DNA from: a virus
Taxonomy: Duplodnaviria; Caudoviricetes
Length of the DNA stretch: 61,990 nucleotides
IMG/VR virus record: IMGVR_UViG_3300037475_000049
Coordinates: 1-61,990 of that record
Direction: 5' to 3' (one strand)
Below the pieces are notes generated by a model. The model ran no database searches, was not told where the DNA came from, and worked only from the letters and a program-made list of their open reading frames with translations. A program made the position numbers and the translations under genes. Positions 18,506-27,625 of this stretch are shown here, one piece after another. Numbering within the stretch: the first letter of the stretch is position 1; the number at the start of each line of letters is the position of its first letter.

Positions 18506-18909
18506 TATTTCACGGGCTCTGTCATCTTCACCCAAGCGTCCCACAGGCTTGTTACGCCGTCGCCGGAGTTTATCTGCTGCATGAGGCTGATTTGCAACTT
18601 GCCGTACTTCATCCCCAGCGAGAACGGATCAATGCCCTCCGCCAATGTCGGATACCACTGTGAACGGTTTAGCGCTTCCCACACGTAATTGTCCATAATT
18701 GCCTGCGCTGTTCTGGCCGATAGGAACGTGTTGTAGTTAGGATTCAGGTATCCCTCTATATTGCTCATCGTTGAGTACAACTCAGACTGCAAGTAGCACT
18801 CGATAGTGAGAGCCTTAGTGGTGAGTGCTGGAGGCCAACCCTTGATGCTGGTGTCCGCATATACCTGCGGTTCAGGGAGCGGGTAGTACGGCTTCTGGAG
18901 GAAATCCAT
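18505..18909 (-). CDS. Hypothetical protein
   Basis: 134 aa; TATAAT 8 nt upstream. Confidence 0.6.
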   Translation of the reverse strand: MDFLQKPYYPLPEPQVYADTSIKGWPPALTTKALTIECYLQSELYSTMSNIEGYLNPNYNTFLSARTAQAIMDNYVWEALNRSQWYPTLAEGIDPFSLGMKYGKLQISLMQQINSGDGVTSLWDAWVKMTEPVK

Positions 18910-18921
18910 ATGGCGAGATTA

Positions 18922-18935
18922 TACTATATCTTGTG
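18922..18935. promoter_or_regulatory. Single NrdR-box-like site over back-to-back -10 boxes
   Basis: TACTATATCTTGTG; TATACT (+, 18920-25) and TATAAT (-, 18918-23). Confidence 0.45.
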
Positions 18936-19577
18936 CCTATTGGTTATGCTAATTTCATACTCGCTTGTTTGATATTGGCTTTTAAGGGACTGCTGTTACC
19001 GCGCGCTCTCCCTATGCTAGCCTTCCTTTGCTACCTCGCAGCGTCCTGCGTAACCACCTCCGCTTACCTTCTGGGCTGGGAGAGCATACAGGCCGCATGG
19101 ATGCCCACTGTGGCTGTTCTAGGCGTTGCTGCCGCCGTTGAATGCACGCGCTGGGTTCTAGGACTACAGTCCGATGAAGAGAAGTCGGCGGTGAGTAAGT
19201 GGGGTATGCTGCTGGGAATGGTGATCGTGGCTGCCGCAATGGTGAATCGCCCCATCGCTTATCCAAAGTACCCCACGCTTGTCTACGAAATACGGCTGTA
19301 CTCGATGCTGTTCACTATCGGGTATCTGGCCGCGTTGCTGGGTTACTGCTTCGCCGTCAGCGTTGGCGTTTCGCGTTACGTTTGGCACGCTTCTATTCTC
19401 CTTGTGCGACTGGCGACGATGGTGACTCTGCTGCTAGTGCCGCACGAGAACTGGTTCGCGGCAGACTTAATTGGCGGCTCTATCAATCTACTGACGCTGT
19501 GCGGGTGGCTCTGGCTGCTGCCCCGCCGCCGCACTGCGGTTCAATTGCTCCCCAAGGGTGTCGGCAATCTCCAGTAG
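18933..19577 (+). CDS. Multi-pass membrane protein
   Basis: About 7 hydrophobic segments; antisense to the surrounding operon. Confidence 0.7.
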   Translation: MPIGYANFILACLILAFKGLLLPRALPMLAFLCYLAASCVTTSAYLLGWESIQAAWMPTVAVLGVAAAVECTRWVLGLQSDEEKSAVSKWGMLLGMVIVAAAMVNRPIAYPKYPTLVYEIRLYSMLFTIGYLAALLGYCFAVSVGVSRYVWHASILLVRLATMVTLLLVPHENWFAADLIGGSINLLTLCGWLWLLPRRRTAVQLLPKGVGNLQ

Positions 19578-19865
19578 CTTGTCCCTCGTCTCGCGGCGTA
19601 TCGTGCGGATGTCCGATTCTACCCGCTGAAATCGGCGATGCGAGTCTCCACGGTCGATGTCTACGGTTGAGGCTAGTTCGTTGAGTTGTTCGACGGCTTG
19701 ATTCATCACGCGGCGAAGCTCCTTGTTCTGGTTCTCCACCCGTATGATGCGGTCAGTATGGTTAATGCTACGCGCCTTGGAAAATAACTTATACAGTCCC
19801 GCAAAGGATACGCTTCCTCCGATCCATTTTGCGACTGCAATCCACGCCGATTGATCGTCTGCCAT
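19488..19865 (-). CDS. N-terminal TM plus coiled-coil protein (lysis region)
   Basis: WIAVAKWIGGSVSFAGLY then heptads; AAGGAG RBS. Confidence 0.55.
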   Translation of the reverse strand: MADDQSAWIAVAKWIGGSVSFAGLYKLFSKARSINHTDRIIRVENQNKELRRVMNQAVEQLNELASTVDIDRGDSHRRFQRVESDIRTIRRETRDKLLEIADTLGEQLNRSAAAGQQPEPPAQRQ

Positions 19866-20109
19866 CTGGACACAATTACTCCTTACGGCGCATCACTTCC
19901 ACGAAGCCGAATGTCCCGCACATCGTACAAGGTCTTAACTCGCATTGACATGCGGGACAAGGGATCATGACTACTCTTGTGCGTTTCCCGGTTTGTCGGG
20001 TTTAACTGGCTGCGGTGGTTTGGGCGCTTGAACGGGATGATCCTTCTTGGGCTTCGGTTGAGTGGGTGCGTTTCCGCCCCCGCTGGGAGGGCCGCTAGGC
20101 GCTGTCATG

Positions 20110-20607
20110 TTAGTCTCCTTTCGCTACTAAGATCGGTTGTGGTGGTGCTATTGGTTTGCCGCCAGCATCCATTGCGGGAGGCGTAACGGGGACGACTTCG
20201 GCGGGCTCTTTGTAAATCAAGCGATACAAACCCTCCTGTCCCATCTTCTGTCCACAGAAACGAATCACGCTGTCCCATAGGACATGAACTGAGGGTATGG
20301 CAAAGGTTCCATTCCATCCATGCTGGGCATCACCACTAGTCACGCTTATCTGGACCGCAAGTGCCGCAAAAAGAGCGCACAGCGTCGATACGACGCGCGT
20401 AGCTGTCTCAGTATTGGCGTTCAGATAGGGAAACAATTTGCTGCGTTTGAGAACCTGTAGTCCCCAGACGGTGATGGCAACCAAACCCGCTTGATGTGAT
20501 ATTGCCGATACGGTGTCGTTAATGCCTGGGTCCGTTACCGGGATGGCATTCGCCACTTGCTGAGCGGTCGTCTGCAACAACATCAGCATCATACGAGCTA
20601 CCTCCAA
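20110..20607 (-). CDS. Membrane protein, holin candidate
   Basis: 2-3 TM segments in the lysis region. Confidence 0.5.
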   Translation of the reverse strand: MEVARMMLMLLQTTAQQVANAIPVTDPGINDTVSAISHQAGLVAITVWGLQVLKRSKLFPYLNANTETATRVVSTLCALFAALAVQISVTSGDAQHGWNGTFAIPSVHVLWDSVIRFCGQKMGQEGLYRLIYKEPAEVVPVTPPAMDAGGKPIAPPQPILVAKGD

Positions 20608-20670
20608 CGGGGCGGTTTAATTACCGCCCATTGTTGGAAAGTATACTACAATTCAACGAATTAGCTAGCG

Positions 20671-20955
20671 CTAAGCTACAGGAGGAGTCGGAGGAACTGG
20701 AACAGGAACGGGATCAGTGGTGCTGCTAGCCATAGCCGTCAGCGAAGCGGCCAGTGGCGCGAGGTTGCCAGCTTCCGTGGTAGCACGGGCAGCTAGAGCC
20801 TGCGCCTGCTCTAGCGTGGTGGCGCTGGCGATTTGGCCAAGCAGATTGGTGATGCGCGACTGAATGCCGGTCTGCGCGGTAGCAATAGCCGTGGTAGCCG
20901 AATCGACTTGATCGAAGGCGGCGGAAATAGTGTTGAGATCGTCTTGTAATGCCAT
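20671..20955 (-). CDS. Ala/Thr-rich coiled-coil protein
   Basis: 94 aa, GGAG RBS. Confidence 0.6.
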   Translation of the reverse strand: MALQDDLNTISAAFDQVDSATTAIATAQTGIQSRITNLLGQIASATTLEQAQALAARATTEAGNLAPLAASLTAMASSTTDPVPVPVPPTPPVA

Positions 20956-20958
20956 GTT

Positions 20959-21171
20959 TTATTCTCCCGGTGTTGGTTTGGTTAGTTGCTGTAACGAGGC
21001 TACCACGGTAGTTAAATGCGCCGAGATTGCCTTGGATCGAAGTGCGAGCGCGTGCAGCGTGTTGTTTGCCTGAAGGTCCAGATAGATCGCAGTCACAAGA
21101 TCCATCAGGCGCGGATCAAGTGAAATTTGGACTTGCGTGATCGGTGGTCCGTACTGATCGTTGTGACCCAT
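20959..21171 (-). CDS. Hypothetical protein
   Basis: 70 aa in operon. Confidence 0.5.
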   Translation of the reverse strand: MGHNDQYGPPITQVQISLDPRLMDLVTAIYLDLQANNTLHALALRSKAISAHLTTVVASLQQLTKPTPGE

Positions 21172-21180
21172 CGGTTTAGT

Positions 21181-21378
21181 TTACCTTAGATGGAAGTCAC
21201 CGATGCCTCCACTGAAGAAGGAGCTAACGGCAACGAGAAGGATTATGAGGAGGACAACCCCGCAGATCCAGTAAGCAGCCCGGATGCCGCTAAAAAACGT
21301 GTCGCATACATACTTCATCCCGCCTGCTAGAATCGCAAATATCACGATTGCAATCAGCACGTAGATTAGGGTTTGCAT
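21181..21378 (-). CDS. Small 2-TM membrane protein, holin candidate
   Basis: Two hydrophobic helices; GGAGG RBS. Confidence 0.6.
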   Translation of the reverse strand: MQTLIYVLIAIVIFAILAGGMKYVCDTFFSGIRAAYWICGVVLLIILLVAVSSFFSGGIGDFHLR

Positions 21379-21422
21379 AATCCCTCCTAGGATATAGAGT
21401 TAATAAGCACGTAGAGCACCAA

Positions 21423-21794
21423 TCACGTTTTCCTCGTCACAAAGTATAGAACCAGATTCACGACCATCCCGGCCAGCATTACGCCGCCCATCGCCATGTA
21501 GGTCATCCGCTCCAATGCCCGCGTACGCGAGTCGTATTTCTCGTCGAGGGCCTTGTGCGCTGAATTGTATTCTTCGCGGGATACGGCGTTCGATGTAATG
21601 TCAGTAAGCGAGGACCGGAACTCATTCATCCCCTCCAGCCTGCGATCCATTGACGCGAGAGCCCTGTCTAGGTTCTTCTCCGCCGTTTCCCGCGCAAGAG
21701 CTAACGCCTTGTCCTCCAGATTATGGACGATGGCATGGGCCGCAAATAGATCCTCGACATGCTGCCGAAGGACCTGGATATCGTCCGGCGACAT
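21423..21794 (-). CDS. Coiled-coil protein with C-terminal TM
   Basis: RRLEGMNEFR...C-terminal hydrophobic helix; GAGG RBS. Confidence 0.6.
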   Translation of the reverse strand: MSPDDIQVLRQHVEDLFAAHAIVHNLEDKALALARETAEKNLDRALASMDRRLEGMNEFRSSLTDITSNAVSREEYNSAHKALDEKYDSRTRALERMTYMAMGGVMLAGMVVNLVLYFVTRKT

Positions 21795-21800
21795 ACGTCC

Positions 21801-22112
21801 TCAAAGGGTCCCGCTCTGTGCGTTGGACGTTCCGCCCGTAGGCGTCCCCACCAGTTGCCAGTCCACCTTGCCTGCCGTGGCGCTGGGCTTGATCGTCCAA
21901 GTGAATGCGCCGTCTGTGGAGTTAAACTGACCCTCCATGGTCTGCCCTGCCTTCTGTACCTGGATCTGCTGATTAACGCCGCCTGAGTAGGCCGCAACTT
22001 CATTGACCCATGGCGCTCCGAGTTTCAGCCAGATATAGACGTGGCTCCCTCCGATGGTCATAGCCACAGTAGCGGGGCTGGGTTGCGAGAAGATTGCGTT
22101 TACGTTGCTCAT
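21801..22112 (-). CDS. Small beta-rich protein
   Basis: ATGA-coupled to 22109..25369. Confidence 0.55.
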   Translation of the reverse strand: MSNVNAIFSQPSPATVAMTIGGSHVYIWLKLGAPWVNEVAAYSGGVNQQIQVQKAGQTMEGQFNSTDGAFTWTIKPSATAGKVDWQLVGTPTGGTSNAQSGTL

Positions 22113-25100
22113 GGCCCAGTCACACAAGCCCCGCCTAATGCGGCATTCACTACCCTCTGCACGCTCGTAGTCCCGCATCCATCAGAGGCGATGTCGTTCG
22201 TACAGGCGATGATACGGAGCGCCATATTAGTTTGCAGTTGGATGTCAGTTACAGTTGGTGGAATTAGATTGGTCTTCGGGGAGCATGTCAACGTAGAAGC
22301 ACTGCCCAGCACCGCATCAAGCAGAGAGAAGTTTACGCCAGGGTCGGTATGGTCGCTTGCCGCATTACGCCATGGACCGCTGCCCGTTAAGGCAAAGCCA
22401 TGATAATCCGCGCTCACCGTGGAGTAACTAGCAAATGGGGCTCCCGCGTAATTCGTCCCTTGAGTGGTGTCGTAAAAGGTGGGCAGTACGATTGATCCGT
22501 AGCGGCTCGTGATCGTCGCATCGCTCACGCCTTGGCCGCCATTGATGGCCCCAGAATTGATGATGGCGTTATTTATTGCGGTCCATGTCGGCCCGGTGCT
22601 TACATCTGCGGTTAGGCAAAGAGAGCCGTCCACGAAACCAGCCGAGTCAGGGCACTGATTAGTCCAGCGGTATTGATCGAACTCCGTGATGTTGTCTTTA
22701 ATCACCAGATTTGTGAAATTGTAGGGCAATCCGCTTGCTAACCGCATATTGATGCCTGCGCCCAAGAGATGGTTGTGAAGAACCTGGAGAGAATCAGTCC
22801 CGCCGCCAGAGAGCCCGCAACCCGTATACCCAGCAAGCTCGAATACTGTCCCGCCGCTCGCGATGGAGGCCGCCGCACCAGGAACGAAGAACAGATTGTT
22901 CTGAATCAATACACGCTTCAGATAGCCAGGGCACGGCCCCGCGAAGCTCTGCGCGGAAATGATGACAAACTCCCCGGCGATGTTCTTGAAAACGTTATTT
23001 GTTAAACTCACATCACTCGAAATGCACCATGGGCAATCGCCGTTCTGATCAGTCACATTGATGTTGAAAGCGAAGTTCTGGCCGTTGTTCCATGTGTTGA
23101 TGCAGACGTTACCGTTAATGTTCCAGCGCTGCCCATACTTATCCTCAATACAGTTCTTGCTGGAGCGGGTAACCCCGTCATAACTGGGATCGCTAGGATT
23201 CCAGGAGGGAGGCTTGTATAGGAAGTTCTTAGTGATCGTGATATCGGTTGGCACGATGCCCCAGAGTGCTTTTGCCGCTCCAGCAATCGGCGGGGCGTGG
23301 ATCGCTCCAAACGTCAGCGCTCCCGCCGTATTTCCCGTGATCACGGTAGAATCGGTAGGCAGATAGGCGGGAGCGCCGCTTGATGTCTTAAACATCACCA
23401 CTGTCCCAATGGCAGGAGTTGAAACTGAACCGCTATTGCCATCGACACAACTGCTCACGGTTGCGGCAGTAGTAGTGGGCGCGGGACTTGCCGCAATGGT
23501 ACAGCTATAGCCCGGAGTCGCGCCCGTACCGCCAAAGAGAATGATTTCCGTGGATGCCGACAAGAAGTTGTTCTGAATCAGATACCCTGCGGTGCCCGCC
23601 GTCCCCAAAAGAGCCTGTGCATCGCCGCTGCTTTGATAGATCTGGCTGATGTAGTTATTGACGATGGAGATGTTAGAGCCGCCCATGAGGACGCCCCGGC
23701 TCATCTGGATGCTCGCGCTCGCAGGGACGCCATGGATGTAGTTGCGGTCGAGCATTAGGTGATCGGGAAGCTGGCTCGCTACCGTTTCCGAGAGCGTGGC
23801 CATATAGATCAGAGAGCCCTGCGAAACGCTAGCCGTGACTTCGATGCAGCCGAGATAGTTGTACTTCCCAGGCGTCGTTCCATCCGTGAATTGGATCGGC
23901 GGTGCTCCGTTGGTGCTATTGATCGTCGCGTAATTAGTGAGAGACGGCGTGGCGAAAGGGGGAACGCTCGCAGAATTTACCGACGCAGTAGTTACATAGG
24001 TTGGAATCGGAACGGTGCCCGCGTTGCACCCAGCAGCCTCGATCAAAATCCAATTCGGCGCTGAGCACTGTTTATTGAAAACGAAGTTGCCAGTCTTGGT
24101 GATCCCCGCATCCAGCACTAGATCAGAACCGCACGCGGCTGCGTTGTACGTGGCTTGTAAGTCCGTTCCGCTATGAATCGGGATCACGCTTCCTGTAGGC
24201 GTTGGGCGCACAGCAGTGGGTACGGATTGGGGCGCGGTAGGGTTTGTGGGCGAAGCTCCAGTTGGACAAGCCGCCGCCGCAGTAGCCGCCGCCGTGTTCC
24301 CCGTATTCGTCCCCGGAGCCATGCCGCCCGTCTCTAGCAGGATTACATTCTGCGGAGGCGTCTGGTTGTTCATATCGCACCAGAAATTGTTTACCGTCTG
24401 CCATGTGTTGTCGCTGAACCCGATCAACTGCGCTTCGCCCCAATGTCCCGCCCGATTGTTCGATATGATAAACGCTGTGCCCATGGCCTCGATAGCGTCC
24501 GATTGATTAGAGGGTGCTCCCAAGTTCGGCCCTAGGAGGACGTTGCTGTCAATTAGGTGTCCCGTACCGCCCACCGCCACGGAGATACCCGCCTGCCCGT
24601 TGATCCCCGCTTGCGGAGTATCTATCGTATTCCCGCTGACCGTGACATTGTTGACGCTGAAATTACCCTGCACCTCGATGTTGTAGCGTGCGCTCCTATG
24701 GATCGTGTTCCCCGTGATGGTCACATTGGCGTCCGCCTGGTTCGCCGTGACATGGATCGCTTGCGTGGTCTGGGTGAAGGTGTTGTTGCTGATCGTGATT
24801 CCGGAAGGATCGAAGAACCACACCGCGCCGCATACTTCACTCCAGCCGTTGACATGGCGCGAGTCATAGATGTCCGTGAAGGAGTTTCCGCTGATGGTTG
24901 AGTCCGTCATTCCGGTCTGCGCATGGATCGCATCGGCCCCGTAGTCGGTGGCCGACCTCATGTGCTGAAAGACATTTCCCGTGATGGTGATGTTGGTAGC
25001 GGAAGTTGCCGTACTGCTGGCGCTTGATAGTATGCCGCCCCCGATGCCGCCGCCGTCAATGGTCAGGTTTTGGATGGTGATATTGGTAGCCGCATTGGCT

Positions 25101-25369
25101 GGAAGTTGAATGAATTGGGTAGTGACGGCACCGTTAAGTAAGCCACCGCCTGTCCCCAGATAAGTGCGATTGGAGAGAAAAGTGATGACGCTATTGACCT
25201 TGGTTGTTCCGGTCCAGACGATTGTATCTCCGCTAGAGGAGCCGTTAATCGCGGCCTGGACGGCTGCTGCGTCGTTAGTTGACCCATTACACGTGGCGGT
25301 CGAGCAGATGTTGACTGTAGCGGCCTGAAGCATAGAGGCCGCCGCGAGAACGATGAGAAATGGCTTCAT
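22109..25369 (-). CDS. Sec-signal tandem beta-helix (pectate-lyase-like) depolymerase/adhesin with C-terminal dockerin-like module
   Basis: MKPFLIVLAAASMLQA signal; NDAAAVQAAIN; many ITITGN/ISNN repeats; Pro/Thr linker; C-terminal DIQLQTNMAL...VQRVVNAALGGAC. Confidence 0.75.
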   Translation of the reverse strand: MKPFLIVLAAASMLQAATVNICSTATCNGSTNDAAAVQAAINGSSSGDTIVWTGTTKVNSVITFLSNRTYLGTGGGLLNGAVTTQFIQLPANAATNITIQNLTIDGGGIGGGILSSASSTATSATNITITGNVFQHMRSATDYGADAIHAQTGMTDSTISGNSFTDIYDSRHVNGWSEVCGAVWFFDPSGITISNNTFTQTTQAIHVTANQADANVTITGNTIHRSARYNIEVQGNFSVNNVTVSGNTIDTPQAGINGQAGISVAVGGTGHLIDSNVLLGPNLGAPSNQSDAIEAMGTAFIISNNRAGHWGEAQLIGFSDNTWQTVNNFWCDMNNQTPPQNVILLETGGMAPGTNTGNTAAATAAAACPTGASPTNPTAPQSVPTAVRPTPTGSVIPIHSGTDLQATYNAAACGSDLVLDAGITKTGNFVFNKQCSAPNWILIEAAGCNAGTVPIPTYVTTASVNSASVPPFATPSLTNYATINSTNGAPPIQFTDGTTPGKYNYLGCIEVTASVSQGSLIYMATLSETVASQLPDHLMLDRNYIHGVPASASIQMSRGVLMGGSNISIVNNYISQIYQSSGDAQALLGTAGTAGYLIQNNFLSASTEIILFGGTGATPGYSCTIAASPAPTTTAATVSSCVDGNSGSVSTPAIGTVVMFKTSSGAPAYLPTDSTVITGNTAGALTFGAIHAPPIAGAAKALWGIVPTDITITKNFLYKPPSWNPSDPSYDGVTRSSKNCIEDKYGQRWNINGNVCINTWNNGQNFAFNINVTDQNGDCPWCISSDVSLTNNVFKNIAGEFVIISAQSFAGPCPGYLKRVLIQNNLFFVPGAAASIASGGTVFELAGYTGCGLSGGGTDSLQVLHNHLLGAGINMRLASGLPYNFTNLVIKDNITEFDQYRWTNQCPDSAGFVDGSLCLTADVSTGPTWTAINNAIINSGAINGGQGVSDATITSRYGSIVLPTFYDTTQGTNYAGAPFASYSTVSADYHGFALTGSGPWRNAASDHTDPGVNFSLLDAVLGSASTLTCSPKTNLIPPTVTDIQLQTNMALRIIACTNDIASDGCGTTSVQRVVNAALGGACVTGP

Positions 25370-25384
25370 CTTTAGGTGCCTTGC

Positions 25385-26488
25385 TCAACACGCATAAACA
25401 TTCCAATGGACAATCCAAACCGTCATCCCTGCTGCGAAATTGAAAAGTCCAAATCCAACATCGGCGGGGGTAAAATCCTGTGTTCTGGTTTCCGTAGAAA
25501 CCTGCTTAAAGGTAATCCCGTTAAAGGATAGAGAAAAGGTGCGAGTGGTAGAGCGGTCATCCCTAAATCGAGACCAAATGAGTGGACCAACCGGGAATGT
25601 GTTATATGCGTTATTGTTGGACGAAAAACTAGTCGAATTGGAGTAGTGCTTTTCCTGCCCATTAAATGCACTGCTATTCTCATATCCGTATGCCCACGCA
25701 GCAAAAGCATTGGAGGTTAGAAGTCCTGCGTTTACTGTGACTCCAGCCCCACCGTTCCCTACCTGAACATCACTTATCCAAGCCGCATCTGCGCAATACG
25801 CCCCTGATCCTGGGATTGCTAGGGCTATAAGCTGTGGCGCATGGCTACTTCCAGCGCTCGGGGTGGTCCATATAATTCCTCCATGCGTGGTTGTTAAGGT
25901 CGAATTTCCTGTTGCGATCTGTGTGAAATTACCTAGGACTGGTGGCGTTACTTGATAACCGAAAATAGTAGCCTGCCATGCAGAGCCGGTTGAGACATAA
26001 ACATACGGAAACCAGTCGCTGCAATTTAGAACGGTCCCCGCTGCTGGTACGGCGGGAAGAGATGCACACGTACTATACTGCCCCCCTCCACCGCCTCCGC
26101 CACCAAGGACAATTGCCTCATAGTTCGTCCCATCCGATGTCACGGTCCAACCAGTCGGAGCAGTAGCCGATCCTGCTATACCCGTCAGATTCGATGCCGC
26201 TCCGTTGATATTCTGGCCGCTACGCGCCAGCGTTACTACGCCCGTCCCGTAATTCAGAATCGTCACGCACTGCCCAGCCGGAGGTTGTGAGCCAGAGGCG
26301 ACGAGCGTAATCGTGAACGTACCGGAGGCGACAGGAATGAACCCACAAGGGCTGTTGAAGTCCGACGCGAGAACCTGATAGGTCGATGTCTGCGCATTCA
26401 CAGAGCCACTGAACGAACGCCGTCCATTCACCGTAGTCTGTGAAAAAGCAGTGGCCGCAAGCAACAAAACAAGAGGTATACTTTTCAT
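25385..26488 (-). CDS. Sec-signal fibre-like protein with lectin-like C-terminus
   Basis: MKSIPLVLLLAATAFSQ; VNAQTSTYQVLASD fibre motif; poly-Gly linker. Confidence 0.6.
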   Translation of the reverse strand: MKSIPLVLLLAATAFSQTTVNGRRSFSGSVNAQTSTYQVLASDFNSPCGFIPVASGTFTITLVASGSQPPAGQCVTILNYGTGVVTLARSGQNINGAASNLTGIAGSATAPTGWTVTSDGTNYEAIVLGGGGGGGGQYSTCASLPAVPAAGTVLNCSDWFPYVYVSTGSAWQATIFGYQVTPPVLGNFTQIATGNSTLTTTHGGIIWTTPSAGSSHAPQLIALAIPGSGAYCADAAWISDVQVGNGGAGVTVNAGLLTSNAFAAWAYGYENSSAFNGQEKHYSNSTSFSSNNNAYNTFPVGPLIWSRFRDDRSTTRTFSLSFNGITFKQVSTETRTQDFTPADVGFGLFNFAAGMTVWIVHWNVYAC

Positions 26489-27625
26489 TTAGTTTTCCGC
26501 TCCCAGGGCGGCAAAGGCTGTCGGATTGGACTGATTATTGTACTCCGTCCTTAGCCAATCCGCAGATCGGACAGTACCGGAGACACGGTGTTCATCCAGG
26601 TTCCCGGTCATGCTGCCTGCGTTCAGAGAAGTTCCAAACCGCATACCGGGGCTTGAGGCGTTTCCGCTGTAGTCAATCGTGGCCCCAGCCCCAGCTACCA
26701 TCCCATCCTGAACGCCATTTACGTAAGTAATAAATCCGGTGGCGTTTGAATAAGTGAGTGCGAGATGATACCAAGTACCCGTTACTAGGGTCTGTGTTCC
26801 GAGAGTCGTGAGTCCCGTAGGGCCTGTGATGAGGATGATTGCAGTGACGTGACCCGCGCTATTGACGCTAAGATCATACCCGCCGCCAAGTCCGACCACT
26901 CGACTATTGTCCCAAGCGCCTATTGTATTAAAGCTATTGGACAAATTCGTAAAGTTTGCCCAGCCTTCGTAGGTGAGCGCGGAAGCCGGATTCAAATTAG
27001 ACCCGGTACAGCAACTTGCAAGAGAGAATGTCGCGCTAGCCCCACCATCGACCTCTCCAGTAATGGCTACGGTCGCATTCGTCGTATTGCCGCTGGCCGT
27101 CGAGTCGGCATTCTGGATAGCAGAGCCGTTGGGCCAATGCCATACCGCCCCGGTATTGGCATCATAGGTATTAGCCACTGTCATCTGCTGCGTCGAGAGA
27201 GAAGGTTCCCCGTAGCAGACATAATATAGGCTGTCTGCCGTATGAGAGACGGTCCCCGCGTTAAACCAGAAGAGTGCCGCACCCGTAGTGGCTGAATAAG
27301 CCTCAAACTCCCACCCCGCCACCCGCGTAGTGCAGGCGGAATCGCTCGTGATCACCGCATCCGCTGGGATCGTCAGGCCATACCCTCCCGATTGGGTCAC
27401 GGTATGCTGAATACTCCCGCCATTGGCAACCGTTGCCGAGATCGTTCCGCTCACGAGTACGGGGAAATTTGTTTGATCGGTATTCGGCACTAGCGTGTGG
27501 TCAATCGTAATTTGCCGGAAGTGCTGAAACCCGTTATGTGATCCGTTGAAATTCCCCGGCCCAGGGAATGGTAATGACTGGCCCCACAGAACCGGCGATA
27601 GGAGTAGAGCGGCGAGGAGTCTCAA
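26489..27625 (-). CDS. Sec-signal DUF2341 plus LamG/ConA-like lectin protein
   Basis: MRLLAALLLSPVLWGQ; RQITIDHT..PNTDQTNFPVLVS; WYHLALTY....YVNG...GNLDE.RVS...RSADW..TEYNNQ. Confidence 0.8.
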   Translation of the reverse strand: MRLLAALLLSPVLWGQSLPFPGPGNFNGSHNGFQHFRQITIDHTLVPNTDQTNFPVLVSGTISATVANGGSIQHTVTQSGGYGLTIPADAVITSDSACTTRVAGWEFEAYSATTGAALFWFNAGTVSHTADSLYYVCYGEPSLSTQQMTVANTYDANTGAVWHWPNGSAIQNADSTASGNTTNATVAITGEVDGGASATFSLASCCTGSNLNPASALTYEGWANFTNLSNSFNTIGAWDNSRVVGLGGGYDLSVNSAGHVTAIILITGPTGLTTLGTQTLVTGTWYHLALTYSNATGFITYVNGVQDGMVAGAGATIDYSGNASSPGMRFGTSLNAGSMTGNLDEHRVSGTVRSADWLRTEYNNQSNPTAFAALGAEN

